The position numbers and the translations under genes were made by a program. 64,000 nucleotides of DNA from an uncultured Nitrososphaerota archaeon (lineage in GTDB: Archaea; Thermoproteota; Methanomethylicia; Methanomethylicales; Methanomethylicaceae). The notes beneath the pieces are model-generated. The model saw only the letters and a program-made list of their open reading frames with translations, was not told where the DNA came from and did not search any database. The DNA is taken from the NCBI GenBank assembly GCA_964634735.1, contig CAZWMA010000009.1, forward strand, positions 3,378-67,377. Reading direction: 5' to 3'. Positions 55,185-64,000 of the stretch are shown one piece after another (the first letter of the stretch is position 1; each line of letters begins with the position of its first letter).

Positions 55185-56873
55185 TTACTTTGCGTGGTTT
55201 TCTTTTTCTCTAAGGACCTCGCGGAGCACTTTGCCCACGCGGCTCTTTGGGAGTTCGTTAACGAACTCAATTTGTTTGGGGAGTTTGTAAGGGGCAAGGT
55301 TTTCGCTGCAGAAAGAGATGAGTTGCTCCTTGTCGACCTTATCTTTCATGCCATACTTGAGAACAATGAATGCCTTGATTACCTGATAATCGTCCTTTGT
55401 GTCAACTCCAATCACCGCGGACTCTCTTACTGCGGGATGTTCGTTTATGATGCGCTCTAGTTCCTTTGGAAATACCTGGAAACCCTTGTATTTTATGATG
55501 TCCTTTATGCGTTCGGTGAAGTAGAACCAGCCATCCTCGTCCATGTATCCGACATCGCCAGTTCTGAGCCAGCTCTTGCCTCCAATCTTGGCGAAGTACT
55601 TTGCGGTTCGTTCCGGATTATTCCAAACGCCCACCGTAACCTGCGGCCCGTTGACTGCAATCTCGCCGGTCTCGCCGACTGGTAAGAATTCGTCTGCGTT
55701 GGGGTTGATGATGGCGACGTATGTGGACGGCAACGGTATGCCTATTGAGCTAGCTTTAGGCTTTGGTGACATGGGGCCGGTTACGCCACCGCATGTCTCA
55801 GTAAGACCATATCCCTCTACAATCTTGGCGCCAGTTAGTTGTTGGAATTCTTCAACAACGCTGGAAGGAGTCTTGTCAGAGCCTGTCGCGCAGTATTTGA
55901 GTGATTTTAGGCTGTGCTTGCCGCTCTTGATATGCTTTACCATGAGGCTGTACGACGCAGGAACCCCGTAGAACATGGTGATTTTGTATTTGTCTATCAT
56001 CGACAGCAGTTCCTCGAAGTTGGGGTTCGGGACAACCACCAAAGTCTTACCCGACGATAAACCCCCTGCCAACATGATTATCTGGCCATAAATATGGAAG
56101 AAGGGGAGGTAGGCTAGCAGGTAGTTTGATTCGCCTAGATCGTATACATTGGCACACCCTTCGGTGATTTTCAAACCAGATACAAAATTAGAGTGGGTGA
56201 TGACTATGCCTTTAGGCAAGCCGGTTGTGCCGGCAGTATAGCATATGGAAGCAACATCATCCGGTGACACGTTTGCTGCGAAGCGTGACTTGCCTGAAAA
56301 AGGCTCGATGAGCTTCTCGAGGAATACCGGAGCCGTACCTGGCGGGGGTATAAATTTTGGTATCTTTCCAGTCAAGCGCCCCAAGGACCGCTTGATCGGT
56401 GAGAGGAAGTGGACCATGCTGGTTAGAATGACGTGCTCAATTTTGAGCTCGTTAAGCATCTGCATCTGCTTCTCGTACATGAGGTCCAACATAACGACGC
56501 ATTTTGCCCCTGAATTTGAGAGTTGCTCCTTCATCTCGCGCGGGGTATATAGGAAGCTCACGGCGGTCGGGATGGCTCCGAGTTTCTGCAAAGCGTAGAA
56601 AGCCATGATGAACTGAGGGCAGTTCGGGAGATATATTGCGACCACCGAGCCCTTCTTAATCCCAATCGAGGCTAATGCTTCAGCGGTACGATCGATGTAT
56701 GAAGCGAGCTCCCGGTAAGTAATCTTTGTGCCAAGGAAGACAAGCGCTATCCGGTCAGGATATTTTGATGCAGCATCGTCGACGAGCGAGAAAACAGGCA
56801 CTTGATTAATCTTGAAATCAGGGTCGAGGAGTGGCAGGTATGATTTCAGCCACGGACGGTCAAGGTAAGACGT
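55185..56873 (-). CDS. Long-chain acyl-CoA synthetase (AMP-binding family)
   Basis: YTAGTTGLPKG, YLPFFHIYG, EGYGLTE, W.RTGD, R.KD.IKYKG..V.P.E.E, LPKSRVGK.LR; conserved RPWLKSY lies upstream of the first GTG (56801). Confidence 0.9.
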   Translation of the reverse strand, partial: TSYLDRPWLKSYLPLLDPDFKINQVPVFSLVDDAASKYPDRIALVFLGTKITYRELASYIDRTAEALASIGIKKGSVVAIYLPNCPQFIMAFYALQKLGAIPTAVSFLYTPREMKEQLSNSGAKCVVMLDLMYEKQMQMLNELKIEHVILTSMVHFLSPIKRSLGRLTGKIPKFIPPPGTAPVFLEKLIEPFSGKSRFAANVSPDDVASICYTAGTTGLPKGIVITHSNFVSGLKITEGCANVYDLGESNYLLAYLPFFHIYGQIIMLAGGLSSGKTLVVVPNPNFEELLSMIDKYKITMFYGVPASYSLMVKHIKSGKHSLKSLKYCATGSDKTPSSVVEEFQQLTGAKIVEGYGLTETCGGVTGPMSPKPKASSIGIPLPSTYVAIINPNADEFLPVGETGEIAVNGPQVTVGVWNNPERTAKYFAKIGGKSWLRTGDVGYMDEDGWFYFTERIKDIIKYKGFQVFPKELERIINEHPAVRESAVIGVDTKDDYQVIKAFIVLKYGMKDKVDKEQLISFCSENLAPYKLPKQIEFVNELPKSRVGKVLREVLREKENHAK

Positions 56874-57002
56874 TGTTATGCCTCCGGCAATGAAAGAGAA
56901 TAGAACTTATCATTTATTTAAGGATGTTAATGTCAAAAATCAGATCGGATATCGTTGATTTATATCATTTATAATGGGTATAAAGATCGGATGTCTGAAC
57001 AA

Positions 57003-57078
57003 TGGTAGCCCGGAAGAGATTCGAACTCTTGTCGGCGGGGCCAAAGCCCGCTATGCTTGGCCGCTACACCACCGGGCT
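57003..57078 (-). tRNA. tRNA-Gln (TTG), intron-less, CCA encoded
   Basis: AGCCCGG/CCGGGCT acceptor, anticodon arm GCGGG-CTTTGGC-CCCGC, T arm AAGAG-TTCGAAT-CTCTT, ACCA end. Confidence 0.96.
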
Positions 57079-57133
57079 GAAAGACAAGTGGAGCGGCTCA
57101 GTTTTATTTTTTGTTGTCCGCATCCCCAGCTTG

Positions 57134-57820
57134 TCAGAACCCTCTCAACAGGACAAGGACCAGGAAGGAGGACACCGTGATGAGGATGTTATCATCTATT
57201 GGCCCGAATTCGAAGTGCTCTGCGATCGAAGCGACGACAGCGGCAACAAGTCCGGCGACCCCTGCGTAGTACCAGCCAATGGGCAGACAGACGATAAGCA
57301 TCGCCACGTTTCCTATCCAGTGCTTTGTGCGCCTCTTGAAAGTCATGTTCCGGACAAGACCGGTAACCGCATCGCCGAATGCCATGAAGAGAGCGGGCAC
57401 GATACCGTATATCGGGTCGCCGAACAAGAACCAAGAAAGGGAGATAGCAGCGCCCCACGCAATCGCGAAGTTGACTTCATATATATTCTCGTTGACTTGG
57501 AACCAATATAGGATCTTGTTCATTTTGTGCGGCAGATAGATTACAAGAACCAGGACGAGGGCAAGGATCAGTGGAATGGTAACTCCTGTGAACACTACCG
57601 GGAATAGAAGCGTTATGACGCCTGCGCCAAATATGTGGATGATCTTCCGGTTGTAGTATACTGCGACGCCCTTGTCGAAGTTGTGCTTCATCATTAAATT
57701 GTAGGTGATTTTTGTTCCAAAGACAACCGCAAGGAGGTAGACCAACATAGCCAATGCTATTAAGAGCTCTTGCGCAGGATTAGCGTGGACAAATGTCTCG
57801 AAATGCAAACCGAAGTCCAT
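57134..57820 (-). CDS. Dolichol/phytol kinase family (CTP-dependent polyprenol kinase)
   Basis: RK..HI..AG, FGDA...LV, K..K.W.G, .DDN..I; multiple TM helices. Confidence 0.8.
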   Translation of the reverse strand: MDFGLHFETFVHANPAQELLIALAMLVYLLAVVFGTKITYNLMMKHNFDKGVAVYYNRKIIHIFGAGVITLLFPVVFTGVTIPLILALVLVLVIYLPHKMNKILYWFQVNENIYEVNFAIAWGAAISLSWFLFGDPIYGIVPALFMAFGDAVTGLVRNMTFKRRTKHWIGNVAMLIVCLPIGWYYAGVAGLVAAVVASIAEHFEFGPIDDNILITVSSFLVLVLLRGF

Positions 57821-58013
57821 GAAATCAGCCCAGCACGTGTGATGAACACACTAAGCATTCACCATATTTATCAAGTTTTTGTAGATGCGAAATTCCAAAT
57901 AGCCCCGATGCAAGGCGGATTCGGGCATGCGTAAATGGAATTGATGAGTAATCGGGCAGGATGGCGTCTTTGTGGAGATGGTAAAAAAGAGATATGTTTA
58001 GGGTTCGGAAAGC

Positions 58014-59288
58014 CTACTTCTTGCTCGGTTGTTTCTGCTGAGGCTGTTTCGATGGCGGAGGGGTCTTTTTAGACGACGTGGTCTGTGTTTGGACTGCCGC
58101 AACAGCCTTCGGTCGCCTCAATATTGTGTATGCGACATAAGCGGCTACAGCGATGACCAGAACTATCACGAGGATCAAAGCCCAGCTTATGGGCGCTGCA
58201 ACTGCGGCGTACGAGAAAGACAGCGAGTAGGGTTTGTTGAAATACGGCGAAATAATCAGGCCGGAATAGCTAGCAAAGAGTTCTCCGTTGCTTGTGTTTA
58301 CGACGCCGTCTGTGGCGACTGCGTTCGAGCTTCCTTCAGGCATAATTATCAAAAGGTTCAATTCAGACACGAGATAGTTGCACCAATCTGGGAGAAGGTT
58401 GCCTGAGAGGGATATAGTATTTCCGCTGACTGATATTGACGATGCGGGAAGGTCATATTCAAGTGTGAATGCTGCAAGCTCGCCAATGTTAATCTTGGAA
58501 TGGAATTTGACGGTCAGTTCATCCCCGTTAATTGACGTCACCAAGTTACCGATGGAGTCGTATGCGCGCAGGTTAGCAGCTCCAGAGGGGACTGTGAAGG
58601 TGGCGTTCTCGGCTTTTGCAGTTGCAACATTAATGAACTCGAAATTTTCGCTAACGTGAATCCCCGCAGAAGTGACCTCGAATACCCGATCTAATGACTG
58701 CAGTTCAACGAGGCTGAAGGTGCCGTTGTAGGTGACGTTGTTGAAGGTTGTTGCATTTGGAGATGTCTGGATAGCTCCTGAGAGGATGGTCCTGCCTCCA
58801 ACAACGGTGGATGTGATTGTGGAGTCGTTGATTGCGAGCAACTCTGATTCGAGCGGCATGTAGACCGTTGTCGTAGCTGCGATCGATCCGTTAATGGACG
58901 GATAGAAGTTGATGGGGGTCGTATAGTTGTTGGATTTTATTGTTGTGGCGTGGAGGATGGTTACGAGCCTGAAGCTTGAAAGTTCGCCGGCTTGGACTGT
59001 GACCGTGAATAGGCGGGTCGAGTAGTCCAACATGCCAGTCACTTGCAGAGACTGGTTGTCAGGCGAATAGGCTCTAATCGAATGAATGTTGTAGGACGAA
59101 CTCAACTTGAATGTTGTTGAGAAGTTGCCTGCAGCAGTGCCCAAGTTGTAGTCATCGATGTAAATCTGATAACTCGGCTCGAGGTATACTTGCCTCTGCA
59201 TTGATGCCTCAGTCGAATATACAACAGGGGAGCATGAAACTGCTATCAGCGATAGCAATACGAAGGCTACTGCGACCTTATGATGCAA
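58014..59288 (-). CDS. Ribophorin I (RPN1/Ost1)-like single-pass glycoprotein
   Basis: Signal peptide, beta-rich ectodomain with many N-x-S/T sequons, [31 protein letters not shown], C-terminal TM and basic tail. Confidence 0.75.
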   Translation of the reverse strand: [424 protein letters not shown]

Positions 59289-59354
59289 AATTTAACACCT
59301 TGGGATAAAATTACTTATCCCACAAGCTCCAATATTAAGATGCGTGTTCTGACT

Positions 59355-60740
59355 ATGCTCGGTAAGCACCCATATCTTCCCAATGCGTCATCATCACTTG
59401 ACGAGATGCTGAAGAGGATCGGACGGGATGACGTCGAGGAACTGTTTTCGGATATGCCTGCTATGGACTCAGACTTTGGGCTGGCGACCGACCCGATGGA
59501 TGAGGCGTCGCTGAGTAGGGCAGTCTCGAAGGAGCTCTCGCGTAATAGGGTCTTTTCCGGGAGGTGCTTCACAGGAGGCGGGCCATGGTTCCACCATGTC
59601 CCTAGCACGATAAAGCACATAGTCTCGAGGGGAGAGTTCCTGACATCTTACACGCCGTACCAAGCAGAGGTGAGCCAGGGGACGCTCCAAGCTCTCTTCG
59701 AGTTCCAGAGCATGGTGTGCGAGCTTTACGGCATGGATGTGGCAAATGCCTCGATGTACGACCTTCCGACAGCCATCGGGGAGGCGGGGCTCCTCTGTTC
59801 CAGGGTTACAGGCAGGAAGAAATTCATCGTCCCAACGTCGCTCCCGAGGGAGAGGGTGTCGGTCATTAGGAATTACCTTGAGCCGCAGGGCATTCAGTTG
59901 TCGGAGGTTCAGTATTCGCTTGAAGATGGGGGCGTTGATGCTGCGTCGTTCCGCAGGCAACTCAGCGTACCAGGGGGCATAGCGGGGGCTTACATCGAGA
60001 GCCCAACGTTCTTTGGGACACTGGAGATGCGTGCGGAGGAACTCATTGGCGCGGTTCATGAAGTGGGAGGGCTGGCGGTAATGGGGGCAGATCCGCTTTC
60101 GCTTGGTGTGCTCAAGCCGCCAGGGGAGATGGGGGCAGATGTCACGGTGGGGGATGGGCAACCGCTGGGCATCCCGCCGGGGTTTGGCGGGAATACGCTG
60201 GGGATCATGGCTTGCAGGGGGGAACAGAGGATACTGAGGCAGATGCCGGGCAGGATAGTCGGCATGACCTCAGAGAAGGAGGGGGGCGGAGGGGCGGGGC
60301 GGGACGGTTACGTCCTTGCGCTAGCGACGCGGGAGCAGTACATCAGGAGGGAGAAGGCTACATCGAACATCTGCACCAACGAGACGCTTCTAGCAATCTC
60401 AGCTGCAGTATACATGTCGCTTATGGGGAAGTCCGGGCTCGAGGAGGTATCGAAGGCGATTTTGTCGAGAACGAGATACGCTGAAGAGCGCCTCATGGCA
60501 TGCGGCATCGAGCCCCTCTTCGCAGGCATCAAGTTCAGGGACCTTGCGGTCAAGGTAAGGGACCCAGCCGCGGTCAACAGGGTGCTGCTCAACAGAGGTT
60601 TTGCAGGTGGCAGGATTCTCCGTGACGACTTTCCCGAGCTTCCAAGAGGGCTCCTCTTCGCATTCACCGAAGCAAACAGTAAAGAGGATATTGATGAATT
60701 TTTAGAGGCGATGGCGGATGCCTCTGAAGGGAGGGGCTAG
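59355..60740 (+). CDS. gcvPA: Glycine dehydrogenase subunit 1
   Basis: HPYLP, F.G.G...HHVP, RGEFLTSYTPYQAE.SQG.LQA.FEFQS, NASMYD, TRE.QYIRREKATSNICTN. Confidence 0.96.
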   Translation: MLGKHPYLPNASSSLDEMLKRIGRDDVEELFSDMPAMDSDFGLATDPMDEASLSRAVSKELSRNRVFSGRCFTGGGPWFHHVPSTIKHIVSRGEFLTSYTPYQAEVSQGTLQALFEFQSMVCELYGMDVANASMYDLPTAIGEAGLLCSRVTGRKKFIVPTSLPRERVSVIRNYLEPQGIQLSEVQYSLEDGGVDAASFRRQLSVPGGIAGAYIESPTFFGTLEMRAEELIGAVHEVGGLAVMGADPLSLGVLKPPGEMGADVTVGDGQPLGIPPGFGGNTLGIMACRGEQRILRQMPGRIVGMTSEKEGGGGAGRDGYVLALATREQYIRREKATSNICTNETLLAISAAVYMSLMGKSGLEEVSKAILSRTRYAEERLMACGIEPLFAGIKFRDLAVKVRDPAAVNRVLLNRGFAGGRILRDDFPELPRGLLFAFTEANSKEDIDEFLEAMADASEGRG

Positions 60741-60742
60741 CA

Positions 60743-62245
60743 TTGTTCAGGCAGGCGTCTTACGGAGAGCCGTCGATATTTGCGCTTGGGAGGTCAGGAA
60801 GGACGGGGACCTCCGAAGTGTGGGGGAGCAAGGCAGGTATGCCGACGGTGCGCCTGCCAGATGGTATGGTGAGAGGGAGGATGGAGTTGCCGGAGGTGTC
60901 GCAGGTCGAGGTCGTTAGGCACTACACAAGGCTCTCCCAAATGACATGGGGCATCGACGTAGGGCCGTACCCCCTTGGGTCGTGCACCATGAAGTACAAC
61001 CCCAAGATCAACGAGGATCTTGCAGCCATGGATACGGTCCAGCAGATGCACCCCGGGCAGGGGGAGGGGAGCATCCAAGGAGCGCTTGCCCTCATGTACA
61101 AACTCGAGCGCATGCTCTCATCGCTGACGGGAATGTCGAAGTTCACGCTGCAGCCGGCCGCAGGGGCGCACGGGGAGCTGACCGGGTGCATCATCATGAG
61201 GAAGCACTTCAAGATTTCAGGCAAGGACAGATCGGAAGTGATCGTGCCGGATTCGGCTCACGGCACAAATCCAGCGAGCGCTGCCATGGCTGGGTTCAAG
61301 GTTGTAGAGGTTCCTACGGGAAAGGACGGTTGCATCGACATAGAGATGCTGAAGGGGGCAGTCTCGAGCGCCACAGCAGGGTTGATGATGACAAACCCCA
61401 ATACGCTGGGCATCTTCGAGGGCAGGGCTTGCGAGATCGCGGAGATAGTGCATGATGCGGGAGGGCTGATGTATTACGATGGGGCTAACCTGCAGGGCAT
61501 AATCGGGAGGGCGAGGCCCGGCGACCTTGGCTTTGACATAATCCACCTCAACCTCCACAAAACGTTCTCGACGCCGCATGGAGGCGGCGGCCCGGGTTCC
61601 GGGCCTGTGGGGGTCTCGAAGGGCCTCGAGGGGCTCCTGCCGGTCCCGACCGTTGAGCTTGAGCGGGGCACCATGGCGGGGCATGGAAGGTATAGGCTTG
61701 AATATGACAGGCCCAACAGCGTGGGCAAGGTAAGGGCATGGTATGGGAGCTTCCCCGTCCTTGTGAGGGCTTATGCCTACCTGCTGTCAATGGGGGCGGA
61801 CGGCTTGAGGGCATCCAGTGGTCTGGCTGTGCTCAACACGAACTACTTTTTGGAGTCCGTTTCAGGCATAAGGGGTTTCGATACCCCATACGGCAACAGA
61901 TTGAGGAAGCATGAGGTCGTCGTGAGCGCCGAGAGGCTCGCAAGGGAGGCAGGGGTAGGTGCAGGGGATGTCGGGAAGGCCCTGATCGACATGGGGCTGC
62001 ATCCGCCTACGGTCTACTTCCCTTTGATAGTGAAGGAGGCGCTCATGTTCGAGTTCGCTGACAGCGAAACAAAGGAGAATATTGATGCTTACACTGATGC
62101 GCTCAAGAAGGTGTCCGATGAGGCATACTCAAACCGCTCGAATGTCCTCGCCGCTCCGAGGAATGCAACAGTCAGGAGGCTTGACGAAGTCAGGGCGAGC
62201 CATCCCAAAACCATGAAGCTCAGCCAGAGGCATACGGTGCATTGA
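60743..62245 (+). CDS. gcvPB: Glycine dehydrogenase subunit 2
   Basis: YPLGSCTMKYNP, QPAAGAHGE, SAHGTNPASA, PLP motif LNLHKTFSTPHGGGGPG, H.PT.YFP. Confidence 0.97.
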   Translation: MFRQASYGEPSIFALGRSGRTGTSEVWGSKAGMPTVRLPDGMVRGRMELPEVSQVEVVRHYTRLSQMTWGIDVGPYPLGSCTMKYNPKINEDLAAMDTVQQMHPGQGEGSIQGALALMYKLERMLSSLTGMSKFTLQPAAGAHGELTGCIIMRKHFKISGKDRSEVIVPDSAHGTNPASAAMAGFKVVEVPTGKDGCIDIEMLKGAVSSATAGLMMTNPNTLGIFEGRACEIAEIVHDAGGLMYYDGANLQGIIGRARPGDLGFDIIHLNLHKTFSTPHGGGGPGSGPVGVSKGLEGLLPVPTVELERGTMAGHGRYRLEYDRPNSVGKVRAWYGSFPVLVRAYAYLLSMGADGLRASSGLAVLNTNYFLESVSGIRGFDTPYGNRLRKHEVVVSAERLAREAGVGAGDVGKALIDMGLHPPTVYFPLIVKEALMFEFADSETKENIDAYTDALKKVSDEAYSNRSNVLAAPRNATVRRLDEVRASHPKTMKLSQRHTVH

Positions 62246-62318
62246 GGTGACGGAGGCCGAATTGCGGTTGCCTCCAAGAGCGCCAGAATTATATGCAAGG
62301 CGTATATGAGCTTCAATT

Positions 62319-62807
62319 ATGTCGACTATCCACAACTTCTTCACAAAACCCGTCAAGTACATCATGCAGGAGAGGGGCAAGTTGATGGAGAGCGGAGATG
62401 CGGTTTTAGAAGCCGTGGAGTATATGAAGAAAAACGATGAGGGTTTTGTCATAGTGAAGTTGGACAACGAGAAGTTCGGGATAGTAACCGAGAGCGACCT
62501 TGCGTTCAGGGTTCTCGGCGAGATGAGGGACCCAAAGAAGACGCTCCTCAAAGAAGTGGTTACAAAGAATCCCACCACAATTAACCAGAATGCGTCACTC
62601 GAATTGGCTTTTAGGCTCATGAGGGATAAAAATTTAAGGCGATTGATAGTGGTCGACGACTATGGCAAGCCTGTAGGCAGGCTCGACCAGAAATTCTTTT
62701 TCAGGTCGTTTGTGAATGTTGCGACCGGCTCTGACGATTCTGAGGGTCAATCCTGGGTAAATAGGTACATACACGATATCGTAGACCACAACGTAAACCA
62801 CAGGTAA
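62319..62807 (+). CDS. Tandem CBS-domain protein
   Basis: GIVTESDL, V.EV.T.NP.TI, A..LM....IRRL.V.D..G...G. Confidence 0.88.
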   Translation: MSTIHNFFTKPVKYIMQERGKLMESGDAVLEAVEYMKKNDEGFVIVKLDNEKFGIVTESDLAFRVLGEMRDPKKTLLKEVVTKNPTTINQNASLELAFRLMRDKNLRRLIVVDDYGKPVGRLDQKFFFRSFVNVATGSDDSEGQSWVNRYIHDIVDHNVNHR

Positions 62808-62853
62808 TAGTGAAAGATAATTGTTCGCGCCTAAAAAAAGGTAGGCGCGGCAT

Positions 62854-64000
62854 TCAAGGGAAGAAAACCATCAGCCAGATCGTCCCAACGAGCATAGGTA
62901 GGAAACCGCCTATGATGCCAATCCCCAGCCACTTCAAGAACTTCATATGGTAGTCAAACTGCTTTTCGAGCATCCCAAGCGCAACTATGTTTGCGGTGCT
63001 GCCTATCATGGTTATGTTACCGCCAAATACCCCGCCGAAGAGAAGCGCCCACCATAAGGGGTCGCCATTGAAGCCCATTTGTACAAGGCTCTGCACAACG
63101 GGGATTAGTGCAGCGATGAGGACAACGTTGTCGAGTAGTGATGAGAATATGCCACTGAACCAAACCATGAAAGTCTGGATCTGCAACTGTGATGTCGCAA
63201 TCGAGGCAATGCCGCCTGCTAGCACGTCGGTTAGGCCGGTGTACTTCAGTGCGCCAGCCTTGGCGAAGAGGAACATGAAGAAGACGAGGGTCCACCAGTC
63301 GACGCCCTTCTCGACTATATGCTGTGCCTTGCTTCTCTTCCATAGCAGCCCGATGCCGGCACCTGCAAAGGCAGCCACCAGCAGGTAAGTGAACTTTTCG
63401 ACGCCGAGGAGCATCTCGATGCGGTAATGCAGCGCTACTGCAATTATGGTTGCGAAGAGGAGCACCCCGCTTAGCTTGACATCGCGCATCTTGTCCTTCC
63501 CGATCTCCTCGAAGACTTCGCCGCTAGCTTGTTTGAGCTTTGCGTTTACCTTAATTTTATTCTCCCGGAGCGGCTTCCTGTACCAGAAGGTGCAGATAGG
63601 GATCAGAAGGATAAGGGAGATGATGGCAACAGGCGCTGCCCAGATAAGGAAGTCTTCGAAGGTCAGGTTTCCCCGGAGCCCTATCAGGATGCCCACAGGG
63701 TTGCCGAGCATAGTCGCTGCGCTCCCGATATTGGTCGCAAGCACACACGAGATAACGTATGGAAGCGGATCCAGATCGAAGTGCCTGCAATACTCGAAGA
63801 CGATTGCAACTATGAAGAGTATCGAGGTAACCTCATCGACCATAGCCGCCATAAGCGTGGACATGATCAGAAGAACAATCATGACTTTTTTCGGGTCATA
63901 TTGAGTGACGCTCAGGAGCTTCCCCAGCAGCCATGTGAAGAACCCGCTGTCCTTCGCAATGTTCACAACTATCATCATTGCGATGAGAAAGACGATGACA
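62854..64000 (-). CDS. ArsB/NhaD (ion transporter superfamily) permease, 5' end beyond window
   Basis: A.VD.VT..L, A.NIG.AAT..GNP..I.I, S..LDNV, GGN.T.IGS.AN.VA.G; reading frame open to position 64000. Confidence 0.88.
   Translation of the reverse strand, partial: VIVFLIAMMIVVNIAKDSGFFTWLLGKLLSVTQYDPKKVMIVLLIMSTLMAAMVDEVTSILFIVAIVFEYCRHFDLDPLPYVISCVLATNIGSAATMLGNPVGILIGLRGNLTFEDFLIWAAPVAIISLILLIPICTFWYRKPLRENKIKVNAKLKQASGEVFEEIGKDKMRDVKLSGVLLFATIIAVALHYRIEMLLGVEKFTYLLVAAFAGAGIGLLWKRSKAQHIVEKGVDWWTLVFFMFLFAKAGALKYTGLTDVLAGGIASIATSQLQIQTFMVWFSGIFSSLLDNVVLIAALIPVVQSLVQMGFNGDPLWWALLFGGVFGGNITMIGSTANIVALGMLEKQFDYHMKFLKWLGIGIIGGFLPMLVGTIWLMVFFP

Noticed and set aside
55031-55297. 88-aa ORF downstream of the acyl-CoA synthetase
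   Set aside because: It overlaps the synthetase end and has no motif or clear Shine-Dalgarno; probably spurious.
1-64000. CRISPR array, cas genes, rRNA or tRNA introns
   Set aside because: No regularly spaced repeats, cas motifs or rRNA-like stretches were seen, and both tRNAs are contiguous.

Overview
A gene-dense archaeal chromosomal segment from a TACK/Thermoproteota organism. A Cren7 homologue, a short XPF, UPF0147/UPF0148 and the glycine-cleavage genes make Ca. Methanomethylicia (Verstraetearchaeota) or a relative plausible; this placement is inference. About 1-13 kb is the conserved informational superoperon (pus10 to nop10). About 13-41 kb is housekeeping: aglB/STT3, topA, argGH, the panB-panE-pps-pok-coaBC CoA cluster, carS, radB, xpd, the modified mevalonate genes, tmk and xpf. 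Two intron-less tRNAs are present, Leu(CAG) and Gln(TTG). Main observations: (1) three dispersed parts of a eukaryote-like multi-subunit oligosaccharyltransferase, namely an STT3 with eukaryote-type DNxTWNxT and DK motifs, a DC2/OSTC-like protein, and a ribophorin-I-like protein next to a dolichol-kinase-family gene. (2) A 3.6 kb insert, strongly AT-rich over its first ~2.5 kb, bounded by a 9-bp direct repeat; it carries a TGT-fold-like orphan, a hybrid wHTH antitoxin with RelE, an unannotated 47-aa Cys/His protein and a dead IS6-like transposase. (3) A rifampicin-phosphotransferase-like dikinase with a beta-barrel protein and two ferredoxin-type genes next to tRNA-Leu. (4) An OGG2 glycosylase fused to a CxxC domain. 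(5) Two genes whose conserved N-termini appear to need an ACG start. No CRISPR array or rRNA was seen. Family calls come from motif recognition by eye, with no database searches, and GC statements are eyeballed.
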